Assembly (NCBI GenBank): GCA_964639835.1
Contig: CAZXEG010000001.1
Span: 1,223-65,222, forward strand
Reading direction: 5' to 3'
Source of the DNA: an uncultured Candidatus Saccharibacteria bacterium
Lineage (GTDB): Bacteria > Patescibacteriota > Saccharimonadia > Saccharimonadales > Saccharimonadaceae
Length of the DNA stretch: 64,000 nt
The position numbers were made by a program, and so were the translations under genes. The notes under the pieces are model-generated. The model worked only from the letters and a program-made list of their open reading frames with translations, had not been told where the DNA came from and ran no database searches. Shown piece after piece: positions 8,899 through 18,037 of this stretch. The first letter of the stretch is position 1; the number at the start of each line of letters is the position of its first letter.

Positions 8899-10485
8899 TT
8901 ATTTGAGTTTGATGAGAGAGGGTTGCCAGGAGGCGGGGTGGTCGTGGTAGCCGAGGAGAGTGGCGAGGGTGGAGGCGAGGTTGGCGAGGCCGGGGTGGGG
9001 CAGGTTGGCGAGGTCGTAGAAAACGCGGTTTTTGGTGTTGTCGTAGAAAATGCAGGGGACTTGGTTTACGGTGTGGGAAGTCTTTTCGTTGCCGTCGGCA
9101 TCGAGGAGCTCTTCGGCGTTGCCGTGGTCGGCGATGATGACTAGGAGGCCCTTTTTCTGGTCGATGGCTGTGGCGAGACGGGCGAGGGAAAGGTCGATGG
9201 CTTCCATGGCTAAAATGGTGGCGCCGATGTCGGCGGTGTGGCCGACCATGTCGCCGCCGGGGAAATTGAGACGGATGAATTTGTAATTGTCGAGGTTTTT
9301 AATAACGGCATCGGTGATTTCGGCGGTTTTCATCCAGGGGCGGGTTTCGAGGGGCTCGGTATCGGAAGTTATTTCGATGAATTCTTCGCCGGTGGATTTG
9401 TCGTAACTGTTGCCGTTCCAGTAATAGGTGACGTGGCCGAATTTGACGGTTTCGGACACGGCGAGCTGAGAAACGCCACGCATGCTAAGGAAGCGACTTA
9501 AGGTCTCGCGGACGGTGAGGGGCTGGACCAGACGATGCTCGGGGACGTGGGTGTTTGAATTATACTCGGTCATGCCGACGAAATAGACGTCGTCTGGGGT
9601 GTAATTGCCGCGGTCGAAATAAGGGAAGTCCCAGTAGGTAAAGGCTTGGGCGATTTCGATGGCACGGTCGGCGCGGAAGTCGAAGTAGATGAGGGCGTCG
9701 CCCTTTTTTACGAGGCCGATGGGGCGGTCCATGTCGTCAACGATGACGAAAGGCTCGAGGTTTTGGTCCTGGACGTCGGGAGCGATGCGATGGAGGATGT
9801 TTAGAGCCTCCTCGGGAGTACGGAAGTAGAAGTCGGCTTCGCCTCGTACCATCATGTCAAAACCGCGTCTTACGACATTCCAATCGTTTTCGTAGCGATC
9901 GGCGACGCAAACCATACGACCGCCGCCGGAGGCGATTTTGATGTCGGCATTGTCAAATTTGCGAGCGAAATTTTCGAAGCGTTGGATGTAGTTTTCGGCG
10001 CTGAAGGGGTCGACGTCGCGACCGTCAAAGATGGCGTGGACGCGAATGCGGGTGACGCCGTCGTTTACGGCTTTGGTAATCATCTGTTCGAGGTGAGCGA
10101 TATGGCTGTGAACGCCACCGTCGGAAAAAATACCAGCAAAATGCAAAGTACCGCCGTTTAAAGCTTTGGTAATGGCGGTACGCCAAGATTCGGAACCCCA
10201 GACTTCGTTTGAATCAAAGGCGGCGTTGATACGGGCGATGCCGTGCTTTAGGATCTGCCCGGAACCCATGGTGGTGTGGCCGACTTCGCTGTTGCCCATC
10301 TGGCCGGCAGTAAGGCCAACGGCTTCGCCGGAGGCATCGAGCGCAACGTGAAGATAATCTTTGGCAGCTTTCCCAAGAAAGGGCGTGCGTGCCCGGCTGA
10401 CTGCGTTACCTGGCCCATCTGGCGCTAGGCCCACCCCATCTAATATTGCGAGCACCACAGGCCCATCAAACTGTAGTCTATCCAT
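8899..10485 (-). CDS. gpmI: 2,3-bisphosphoglycerate-independent phosphoglycerate mutase
   Basis: AILDGVG, GQMGNSEVGH, SDGGVHSH, DFRADRA, DMVGHT, ADHGNAE; start at MDRLQF, 6 nt after TATAAT. Confidence 0.95.
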   Translation of the reverse strand: MDRLQFDGPVVLAILDGVGLAPDGPGNAVSRARTPFLGKAAKDYLHVALDASGEAVGLTAGQMGNSEVGHTTMGSGQILKHGIARINAAFDSNEVWGSESWRTAITKALNGGTLHFAGIFSDGGVHSHIAHLEQMITKAVNDGVTRIRVHAIFDGRDVDPFSAENYIQRFENFARKFDNADIKIASGGGRMVCVADRYENDWNVVRRGFDMMVRGEADFYFRTPEEALNILHRIAPDVQDQNLEPFVIVDDMDRPIGLVKKGDALIYFDFRADRAIEIAQAFTYWDFPYFDRGNYTPDDVYFVGMTEYNSNTHVPEHRLVQPLTVRETLSRFLSMRGVSQLAVSETVKFGHVTYYWNGNSYDKSTGEEFIEITSDTEPLETRPWMKTAEITDAVIKNLDNYKFIRLNFPGGDMVGHTADIGATILAMEAIDLSLARLATAIDQKKGLLVIIADHGNAEELLDADGNEKTSHTVNQVPCIFYDNTKNRVFYDLANLPHPGLANLASTLATLLGYHDHPASWQPSLIKLK

Positions 10486-10507
10486 GTTGTGATTATAGCA
10501 CAAGGAA

Positions 10508-10540
10508 TCAAAATAGTCCACCCGTGGTGGACTATTTTGA
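10508..10540 (-). terminator. Terminator of the 10550-10756 gene
   Basis: tcaaaatagtccac/gtggactattttga 14-bp perfect stem. Confidence 0.65.
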
Positions 10541-10549
10541 CCTTAAAAC

Positions 10550-10756
10550 TTAGGCTTTCTTCTTGAGGGTCAAGAAACCGTTGCGAGGATTCTCGCAGAC
10601 CATGCGGTCAGCTGGAAGGTCACATGGAGTGCCTTTGCCGCCGTTGGCGTCTTTGGTGAAGAAATAGATAGTTTGTTTTTTGCCACCACGCAAAGTCACT
10701 TCAGACTTGTGAAGATAGTATTTGATCCCTTTACCGTTGGTGTGTTCGTAAGCCAT
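10550..10756 (-). CDS. Small basic hypothetical protein (68 aa)
   Basis: AAGGAGG RBS, TTGACA-17-TAAGAT promoter (10817-10789) and own terminator. Confidence 0.8.
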   Translation of the reverse strand: MAYEHTNGKGIKYYLHKSEVTLRGGKKQTIYFFTKDANGGKGTPCDLPADRMVCENPRNGFLTLKKKA

Positions 10757-10853
10757 TTTAGACTTCCTCCTTAAGTTAGTATATTTTTATCTTATGATTC
10801 TGGAGGAAAAATGTCAAGGGGTTTTTCGCTATTTTTTGAAAAAAGTGGAGATT

Positions 10854-11576
10854 TTAGACAAATAACAGGGAAACCCTAAGCACGATAAAAATGACAAAAC
10901 GAATGATAATTACAACGATGACAAGCAAAGTTAGAAGTAACATAAAGCCGGTGAGGGTGGGGGCCCAGATGGGCGAAGCATAGTTGTGGCGATAAAGTTC
11001 AGTGGAAGGTAACTTGGCGATGATGGTATCTTGGATTTCGGCGGCGGAAGGATATTTATTAATCTCGGTCATCATGCAGTTGATAAAGTTAACGTCGTCC
11101 CAGGTCCAGCCGTTTGCGAGAGCGGCGGCTTTGCAGGTGGCGCCGGCTTCACCGTAGATATTGCCGTTGGGATTGTTGTCGGAAGTGAGGGATTTTTCGG
11201 CTTCGTCTAGGGCCTGGCGAGCGGCGCGGAGGTATTGATGCTCAAGGTAGAACGGGCCGGTGCCGAAAGTAACTTTTTGGATGCCGTTGTCGTCGACGAC
11301 GTTGATGACGATGTTTGAAAAGACGAATTCTTTTAGTGCGATGAGGGCGGTTTTTAGCTCGTCGTCGATTTGCTCTGTTTCTTCTAGCGTAGCGTTTTCG
11401 CTGATTTTGGCGTCGATGGCGAGGACTTGGTCGCGAAGCTTGGTCATTTTGATGTGATCTTGACGCATGAGCGAAGCATCAATAAAACCGAGCGGAATCA
11501 AAAGTAAAATTAACACCCAAGTTTTGATGCGGGCGTGGCGTAATTTCCGAAGTAGTTGTTTGATCTTGCCACCCAT
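10854..11576 (-). CDS. Hypothetical membrane protein with N- and C-terminal TM segments
   Basis: Start moved to MGGKIK because the longer ORF overlaps tRNA-Ile; two hydrophobic stretches. Confidence 0.75.
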   Translation of the reverse strand: MGGKIKQLLRKLRHARIKTWVLILLLIPLGFIDASLMRQDHIKMTKLRDQVLAIDAKISENATLEETEQIDDELKTALIALKEFVFSNIVINVVDDNGIQKVTFGTGPFYLEHQYLRAARQALDEAEKSLTSDNNPNGNIYGEAGATCKAAALANGWTWDDVNFINCMMTEINKYPSAAEIQDTIIAKLPSTELYRHNYASPIWAPTLTGFMLLLTLLVIVVIIIRFVIFIVLRVSLLFV

Positions 11577-11586
11577 AATAATTTCG

Positions 11587-11663
11587 TGGTAGGGATGCCT
11601 GGACTCGAACCAGGGACACTGCGTGTATAAGACGCATGCTCTAACCAACTGAGCTACATCCCC
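11587..11663 (-). tRNA. tRNA-Ile(UAU)
   Basis: Minus strand anticodon arm TGCGT-CTTATAC-ACGCA gives U34 A35 U36; AGCTCAGTTGGTTAGAGC D-arm, GGTTCGAGTCC T-arm, A73, CCA. Confidence 0.9.
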
Positions 11664-11704
11664 ACTTATATATATGATAACACAAAAAATGGTATAATAG
11701 AAAC

Positions 11705-12127
11705 ATGAGCGGGTTAAAATGGCGACAGGCGAAGTATAAATTGACGCACGACTATCTTTCGATCGAGAACGTGGCGCTTTTGGTGGCGGTGGTACTATGC
11801 CTAGTGTGGACGTATAACTCAATTACGTCGATGAGTAAAAACTGGGAGCTTTCGGAAAGGTTGAACGCCGAAAAGAAGAATTTGGAACTTTTGAAAATGG
11901 AAGTGGAGACGGCGGAGCTGACGAATGAATACTATAAAAGTGAGGAATACCAGGAGCTTGCGGCGCGAAAATTGGCAAATAAACAACTTCCGGATGAACA
12001 TATGGTGTACTTGCCGGAAAATTCGGAAACAGCCAAGAACAAACATAAGCAGGAAGAAGTGACGCTTTCAGAAGAGAAAAAAGATTACTCGAATTTTGAA
12101 AAGTGGATGATGTTTTTATTCCCGTGA
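11705..12127 (+). CDS. FtsB/FtsL/DivIC-like septum formation protein
   Basis: Short N-terminus, one TM, coiled coil, EYQELAARKL...LPDEHMVYLP resembling DivIC. Confidence 0.6.
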   Translation: MSGLKWRQAKYKLTHDYLSIENVALLVAVVLCLVWTYNSITSMSKNWELSERLNAEKKNLELLKMEVETAELTNEYYKSEEYQELAARKLANKQLPDEHMVYLPENSETAKNKHKQEEVTLSEEKKDYSNFEKWMMFLFP

Positions 12128-12139
12128 TATAATTGTTAT

Positions 12140-12961
12140 ATGAATAAGCGTAAGCGTAGGCTGGTCGGGTTTACTTTGGTGGAGGTTTCGTTGTTTTTGG
12201 CGGTGACGGCGGTGCTGTTTGTGGGGATAATTACGGCGACGCAGGGTTCGATATGGCAGCAGAGGTTTTACGATTCGGTACAGAGCTATGCGGAGTTTTG
12301 GCGGGGGATTTACTCGCAGGTTTCGAATCCGCAGACGGTGGGGCAAGGGAACACGGAGACGGCGATTTATGGGAAATTGGTGGTGTTTGGGGAGTCGGTG
12401 GATTTGCAAGGCAACAGTGTGAATGCGACGACGGACGCGAATTATGGGCAACAGATTTTTATTTACGATGTGGTGGGGGATGCGACGGGGACGGGGACCG
12501 GTAGTGTTGTGGAAATGCTGAGCGGGTTGAATGCAAATGTGATCATGAAAGTCCTAGATAGCAGAGGCAATACGGAGTGGATACCGGCGGGGGAAGTGAC
12601 GGATTACGTACCGAGATGGGGGGCGGAGATAGAGACGACGACGCAAGCGGAGCCGTTTACGGGCTCGATTTTGGTGGTGAGGCACCCGCAGTCGGGAACG
12701 ATTAATACGCTGGTGAGCAAGGAAGTGATACAAGTTAACGGAGCTTTGCAGAGCTACAACGGTAGTACTGGAGTGATGGAGAGGCTTTTGAAGTCTAAAT
12801 TGGATAGTTTTGAGCCGAGTGAGATTGATTTTTGCTTGAATCCGTATGGGTATGGGGTGGCGACCGATAACCGGCGCGATATTAGGCTGGCGAAAAATGC
12901 GCGAAATTCGTCGGGAGTGCAGATAATTGATTTGGATAGCGACGAAAATAGGTGTCGATAG
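12140..12961 (+). CDS. Type IV minor pilin-like protein
   Basis: Class III signal G|FTLVE followed by a hydrophobic helix. Confidence 0.85.
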   Translation: MNKRKRRLVGFTLVEVSLFLAVTAVLFVGIITATQGSIWQQRFYDSVQSYAEFWRGIYSQVSNPQTVGQGNTETAIYGKLVVFGESVDLQGNSVNATTDANYGQQIFIYDVVGDATGTGTGSVVEMLSGLNANVIMKVLDSRGNTEWIPAGEVTDYVPRWGAEIETTTQAEPFTGSILVVRHPQSGTINTLVSKEVIQVNGALQSYNGSTGVMERLLKSKLDSFEPSEIDFCLNPYGYGVATDNRRDIRLAKNARNSSGVQIIDLDSDENRCR

Positions 12962-12986
12962 ATGGTGCTTATGGTATAATGGAAGT

Positions 12987-14057
12987 ATGAGTGGCAGAAT
13001 GCGACGTGGTTTTACGCTGATTGAATTGTCCTTGTCGTTGGTTTTTGTGGGAACGCTGTCGATCATGATGATAGTGATTATTCAGAACACGGTTTCGTCG
13101 TATCAGCGGGGGATGACGCTGAATAAAATCAATACAGCAGGGATGGATCTGGTGGACGATTTCCGGTCGGCGGTGCAAAATTCGTCGTCGGATGCGGTGA
13201 CTTCGCTTTGCGTGGATTATTATCCGGAAGGTTCGGCGGGGCGACAGGCTTGTATTGAGGACGAAGCGGATAGTTTTGTGAGGATTACGAAATACGCTAG
13301 AGTGATACTGTCGGACGGGACGGTGCGTGAGCAAATGCCGGTGTCGGGAGCGTTTTGTACGGGCTCGTACTCGTACATTTGGAATTCTGGGTATTTTTGG
13401 GATGATGAGGAGTCGAACGTGGTCGCGAATGGCGCTGGTCAGGTGCGTGAAGTGGTAGGAGCGAAGCCGGCGGTGCTGAGATATTCGACGAGGGACGATA
13501 ACAACAAAGTGGTGGTGCGTACGGTAGGCAATGAAAATTGGCCAAATGGTGAAGGTGAAAACGATGCGGATTCTGGGAAAGCATTTAGGCTTTTAAAGGT
13601 GAGGGACGATACGCGAGCGGTTTGCGTGGCGGCGATGCGACAAGTAGTGGATGTAAAATACGGTAGTGGCTATGGTTCGAGCAATTACATGAACTACGAA
13701 ACGTTAGAAGCAAACCGCAATTTGATGACAAACGTTTTTGATATTAGTCAGGACGGATTGTATTCGTATTCGTTGCAAGATTCCAGCGAGTTGCCGATGG
13801 AAGTGTTGGCAAAGGATAGCAACAATGATTTGGTGTTGTATGATCTATATACGTCGAGGCCGGCGATAAGTTCGACTAGAAATAATATGTTTTATGCGGT
13901 ATCATTTATAGTAGGGACGGTGCGCGGAGGAATTGACATCGCGGGGACGGGGCAAAATTGTACGCCACCGGCAGAATATGACAAGGAAGATTTTGATTAT
14001 TGTGCGATTAACAAATTTAATTTTGCCGTACAGGCAAGTGGAGACATAACAAGATGA
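12987..14057 (+). CDS. Type IV minor pilin-like protein
   Basis: RRG|FTLIELSL class III signal; start at MSGRM, 6 nt after TATAAT. Confidence 0.85.
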   Translation: MSGRMRRGFTLIELSLSLVFVGTLSIMMIVIIQNTVSSYQRGMTLNKINTAGMDLVDDFRSAVQNSSSDAVTSLCVDYYPEGSAGRQACIEDEADSFVRITKYARVILSDGTVREQMPVSGAFCTGSYSYIWNSGYFWDDEESNVVANGAGQVREVVGAKPAVLRYSTRDDNNKVVVRTVGNENWPNGEGENDADSGKAFRLLKVRDDTRAVCVAAMRQVVDVKYGSGYGSSNYMNYETLEANRNLMTNVFDISQDGLYSYSLQDSSELPMEVLAKDSNNDLVLYDLYTSRPAISSTRNNMFYAVSFIVGTVRGGIDIAGTGQNCTPPAEYDKEDFDYCAINKFNFAVQASGDITR

Positions 14058-15412
14058 GCAAAAAAATGCGCAGAGGGTTCAGGCGGGGGGTGGCGTCGTT
14101 TTATATCGTGGCGTTTTCGACGTTGATTTTGACGGTGGTGTCGGTGGGGTTTGCAACGGTGATTTTGTCGGAAGTGACGAGGACGGCGAATGATGATTTG
14201 TCACAATCGGCGTATGATTCGGCGTTGGCGGGGATTGAGGATGCGAAATTGGCGTATTCGAATTACCGAAGGTGCAGGGAGCGGACGTCGGTTGCCAGGG
14301 AGCCAAACGGGGACGGAGTGGTGACTTGTGAAGAGATTATTTACTGGATGCAGAATCCGGATTGCTATATGGTGGGGAGGATTTTGGGGAGGCTATCGGA
14401 CAATAGTGAGCCGGGAGAGGTGAAGGTGGGTGATGTGATACAGACTAGTAGTGGTAGCACGACTGACGAGATGAACCAGGCGTATACTTGCGTGGAAATT
14501 CGGACGGAGCAGGAAGATTACCGGGCGGGGTTGTCGTCGGCGAACTCGAATCGGATGATAGCGTTGAATTTTGATAAGATATACGGGGAAAATGGTGAGC
14601 GGGTGACCGCAGGAATGATAGAGGAAATAAGGTTGAGCTGGTATTTGACGCGGGAGGATATGAATTTGAATTTTGCGAATTACTTGACGACGTCTTCGGG
14701 GAGAGTGGCGTTTTTGCCGGCAAAAAGCGTGCAGGTGGCGTCGCCACCGGCGATAGAATTGCAACTGGTGCAAACCGCGAATAACTTTAGACTGACGGAT
14801 TTTGACCGGACGGTGAATGGGCAAACGGACAGGGCGACGCTGTTTCTGGTGCCGATTGGGAGGACTAACGCTGCGAACGATGCCACTGCCAAGGCGATCG
14901 CAGGAAGGAGTGGCAATAGCTACGATGGAGTTTATAAAGGCGATGACACGGAGGGGAATCCGGTGAATCTGGTTTCGAGCGCGCAGGTCGCAAAGACGAA
15001 CGATCGGTATATCAGCAATAAGCCGTTTGGCCTGTATTGTAGTGAGGAGGCGACGCAAGAGTTTACATGCTCGGTGAGGGTGCAACTACCGGAGGCAGTG
15101 GGTGGTGGACGGAGTAATGAGACGTTTATGTTTGTGCTGAATTTGCCGTATGGGCAACCGGATACGGAGTTTGCGATGGAATTTTATTATCGAGCAGCGG
15201 ATGGGAATTTGAAGCGGACGACGATTCGTGATGCACAGGTGGTGGTGGACTCGACGGGGCGGACGAATGATTTGGTTAGGCGGGTAGAAGTGCGACTAGA
15301 GACATCAGATACATCGTTCGCGTACCCGATGTATGCGTTGCAACTTCTAGGGAACGAAGGTACTCTGACTAAAGATATGACGGTAACGAGTGAGTATAAT
15401 TTTTATAAATAA
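14054..15412 (+). CDS. PilX-like minor pilin
   Basis: RRG|VASFYIV lacking Glu5, DLSQSAYDSALAGIEDA PilX-type helix. Confidence 0.75.
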   Translation: MSKKMRRGFRRGVASFYIVAFSTLILTVVSVGFATVILSEVTRTANDDLSQSAYDSALAGIEDAKLAYSNYRRCRERTSVAREPNGDGVVTCEEIIYWMQNPDCYMVGRILGRLSDNSEPGEVKVGDVIQTSSGSTTDEMNQAYTCVEIRTEQEDYRAGLSSANSNRMIALNFDKIYGENGERVTAGMIEEIRLSWYLTREDMNLNFANYLTTSSGRVAFLPAKSVQVASPPAIELQLVQTANNFRLTDFDRTVNGQTDRATLFLVPIGRTNAANDATAKAIAGRSGNSYDGVYKGDDTEGNPVNLVSSAQVAKTNDRYISNKPFGLYCSEEATQEFTCSVRVQLPEAVGGGRSNETFMFVLNLPYGQPDTEFAMEFYYRAADGNLKRTTIRDAQVVVDSTGRTNDLVRRVEVRLETSDTSFAYPMYALQLLGNEGTLTKDMTVTSEYNFYK

Positions 15413-15475
15413 GTATTGACTTTTTGTGATGAGTGGTGTATAATAGAGAGTGTGGTGATACCACAATGCTTATGT

Positions 15476-15552
15476 CGTGGGGTAGAGCAGCCTGGTAGCT
15501 CGTTTGGCTCATAACCAAAAGGTCGCTAGTTCAAATCTAGCCCCCACAACCA
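15476..15552 (+). tRNA. Initiator tRNA-fMet(CAU)
   Basis: C1xA72 mismatch, A11, GAGCAGCCTGGTAGCTCG D-arm, CTCATAA loop, CCA. Confidence 0.92.
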
Positions 15553-15588
15553 AGTCTCAGGGTTCTGAAGGACTATAAAAGATTCAGG

Positions 15589-15634
15589 GCGAAAATGGAC
15601 CCACATTACCCCCCTAATGTGGGTCCATTTTCGC
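15589..15634. repeat. Perfect 20-bp inverted repeat
   Basis: GCGAAAATGGACCCACATTA-cccccc-TAATGTGGGTCCATTTTCGC. Confidence 0.85.
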
Positions 15635-15638
15635 GAAG

Positions 15639-15725
15639 TGGACTTTTCTTGAAAGAAAAGTCCAGCAAAAGAAACCAGTATGAAATCAAAATGAGGCACA
15701 TGTCCTCATTTTGATTTTGATTATA
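15639..15725 (+). repeat. Two-hairpin repeat family A, copy 2
   Basis: TGGACTTTTCT-tgaa-AGAAAAGTCCA, GCAAAAGAAACCAGTATG, AAATCAAAATGAGG-cacatgt-CCTCATTTTGATTT, TGATTATA. Confidence 0.85.
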
Positions 15726-17016
15726 AAATATTTTCAATAGAAGTGAGGTGGCGGTTGATGGTGAGGGAGAAGGTATAGCTGAGGGCGGAGGCGGAGGGGC
15801 TGATAATGGAAGCGCCGAGGAGATGGCCGGTGTGGTCGGTCATGAGTTTGGCCAGGCCAGTGGTGTGAAGACGAGGGAGGGTGGCTAGATTGATGATAGT
15901 GCGCTTGGCTTTGAGGTCGCGAGCGAGGAGGTCGCGTTCGTTCAAGCCGACGATGGCGATTTCGGGGTTGGTGCGAATAACACGAGCGATGGAGCTGTAC
16001 CGAGGGGAAGTTTTGAGCTTGCCTGCTAGGTTGCTAGCGAGGACGTGGGCTTCTTCTAGGGTGCGCTCGGGGGAGAAATTTTCTTCGGTGTCTACGGAGC
16101 TGCTGAGGCAGTAGATGTTTCTTGCGGAAGAGGTGAGGTATTTGTCGGCGATGATGCCGGCGCGTTTGTATTTGACGCCGGCGTTGTCGAGGCCGAGGCT
16201 TTCGACGTCGGGGACGGAGCCGGTGGCGAGGACAATGCAGTCAACGCGGACCATTTTTTCCTGGGCTTTGTTAGTGAAAATGGCGATTTTGGAGGCTTCG
16301 TCGCTACTGACGGCGGTGAGGCGGGAGTTATCTAGGATGGTGATGTCGAGATCCTCGGTAAAATGTCGCTTTATAGTGTCGGAGATTTCTTTGTCTTCCT
16401 TGGGAAGGAGGCGGCTCATGCGCTCCATGATGATGACTTTAGCGCCAAGCTCGGCGTAAAAACAAGCGATTTCGACACCGGTAGGGCCACCGCCGACGAC
16501 GAGGGCACACTCGGGAATGCGACGGATTCTGAAGGCGGTATCGGGGGTGAGGTAGTTGACGTGGTCGAGGCCGGAGATTTCGGTGGTTTTGAGCTTTCTT
16601 TTAGTAGCGATGATGAAGTTGTCGGCTGAATATTCAGAGTTACCGATGGCGACGGAATGGTCGCTGAGGAAATGGGCAGGGCCGTTTAAGAGCTCTACGC
16701 CTTTTTCGGCGAGGCTTTTAATGCGTGATTCTCTGGTGGCGGTGAAAACGCGGTCTTGATGGGCGACGAGAGTAGGAAGGTTATAATGGAGGGGCTGGCC
16801 GTGGACGGCAGGTTCCTGCAGTATATTATAATAGTGGTGAGAAAAATCTAGACTGAGGTTCCTAGCGATGTCGTAGGTGCTGAAGTCGGTGTAGCCGGCG
16901 GTGGGGGCTTCGGCGATGGCGAGGCGCTTGCCGGATTTGGCTAGTGCTAAGGCTAGCGAATAGCTGGCGGGGTGGCCGCCGAGGATGATATAATTGTAGT
17001 CGTATTTACTGCTCAT
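15721..17016 (-). CDS. Pyridine nucleotide-disulfide oxidoreductase homolog (Lpd/MerA-like) lacking the redox cysteines
   Basis: VVGGGPTGVEIA NAD site, VLATGSVP, interface domain; GGTCLNxGC position reads GYTDFSTYD. Confidence 0.75.
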   Translation of the reverse strand: MSSKYDYNYIILGGHPASYSLALALAKSGKRLAIAEAPTAGYTDFSTYDIARNLSLDFSHHYYNILQEPAVHGQPLHYNLPTLVAHQDRVFTATRESRIKSLAEKGVELLNGPAHFLSDHSVAIGNSEYSADNFIIATKRKLKTTEISGLDHVNYLTPDTAFRIRRIPECALVVGGGPTGVEIACFYAELGAKVIIMERMSRLLPKEDKEISDTIKRHFTEDLDITILDNSRLTAVSSDEASKIAIFTNKAQEKMVRVDCIVLATGSVPDVESLGLDNAGVKYKRAGIIADKYLTSSARNIYCLSSSVDTEENFSPERTLEEAHVLASNLAGKLKTSPRYSSIARVIRTNPEIAIVGLNERDLLARDLKAKRTIINLATLPRLHTTGLAKLMTDHTGHLLGASIISPSASALSYTFSLTINRHLTSIENIL

Positions 17017-17018
17017 CT

Positions 17019-17273
17019 TTATATAATTTTATCATAGATTTTGTAAACGTAAGCCAAATCTCGGTGGTATTTTTGGAGGGATTTGGTGACGGCGCGAGTG
17101 AGGTCGTTTTTGGTGATGATTTTTTTCTGGGCAAGGGAGTGCTTGGCATCTTTGATAGCGCGGGCGATAAAATCATTGGCGGCGCCGGAAGGGATTTCGA
17201 GGCCACGAGCGTGGAATTTGAGGGTTTTTTCGATTTCCTGCCAAGTTTTTTCGGTGATTTCTTGAGTTTTCAT
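17019..17273 (-). CDS. Hypothetical protein (84 aa)
   Basis: Tightly packed co-oriented ORF overlapping the upstream gene by 4 nt. Confidence 0.7.
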   Translation of the reverse strand: MKTQEITEKTWQEIEKTLKFHARGLEIPSGAANDFIARAIKDAKHSLAQKKIITKNDLTRAVTKSLQKYHRDLAYVYKIYDKII

Positions 17274-17977
17274 AGCGTGGTCCTAATGATGATAAGAATT
17301 GCGATGAGGAGATAACTGACGGTGAGAATCATGCGGGTGAAGGGTTTGTATTTGATGCGGAGGCGCTCGATGATAGCGAGGTTGTGGTGGACGAAGAAGA
17401 GGCGGGTGGCAAAGAGGGGCAGGGCGGCGACGATGATGTAGAGGATGATAAGGAGGCTGATACTCATGGCGGGGAGGCTTGTGATGCAGAGCGACATGAT
17501 GACGTAGAGTGGGAGGGTGAAGGGGAGTTCGAGGCTGGCGGTGATGAGGCCGAGGGCAATGCCGTCGGAGCGACTTTTGGCGACTTTAGTGTGGAGGGTG
17601 AGGGCAGCGGCGGAGCGTCGGGCGAGGAAAAGTTTGGTGGAGTTTTTGGCGGCTTTTCCGCGACGGAAGTAGAAGAAAAAGACGGAGATGGCTTCGGCGA
17701 TGAAGACGCCGGTAAGGAGCCAAGGGAGGATTCTGGTGGTGAAGAAGTTGGGATCTTGGAAGCTAAAGGCGACGAGCGAATAGACGGTGAGGAAAATGAT
17801 GGCGGTGAAAATTTCTTGCCCGAGGATGAAGCTGAGGCTTTCGTCGTCGGCTTTTTTGCGACTAAAATTGGCTAGGGTGGAATGGTAAAAAATCGCAAAA
17901 GTGGCGGGTGTGAGTTGCAAAAAACCTTGGATAAGCATAGAAATTAAAAGGATTCCTAAAGAGGTGAAAAAACTCAT
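17270..17977 (-). CDS. Multi-pass membrane protein
   Basis: About six hydrophobic segments; ATG 6 nt after TATAAT. Confidence 0.75.
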   Translation of the reverse strand: MSFFTSLGILLISMLIQGFLQLTPATFAIFYHSTLANFSRKKADDESLSFILGQEIFTAIIFLTVYSLVAFSFQDPNFFTTRILPWLLTGVFIAEAISVFFFYFRRGKAAKNSTKLFLARRSAAALTLHTKVAKSRSDGIALGLITASLELPFTLPLYVIMSLCITSLPAMSISLLIILYIIVAALPLFATRLFFVHHNLAIIERLRIKYKPFTRMILTVSYLLIAILIIIRTTL

Positions 17978-18037
17978 GCTTTAATTATAGCATGTGGGGG
18001 GTTGATTTTCTAGTGGGTTTGTGCTAGAGTTCAAGGC

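Noticed and set aside
11577-11822. N-terminal extension of the 10854 ORF
   Set aside because: Overlaps tRNA-Ile and the divergent gene; real start taken at 11576.
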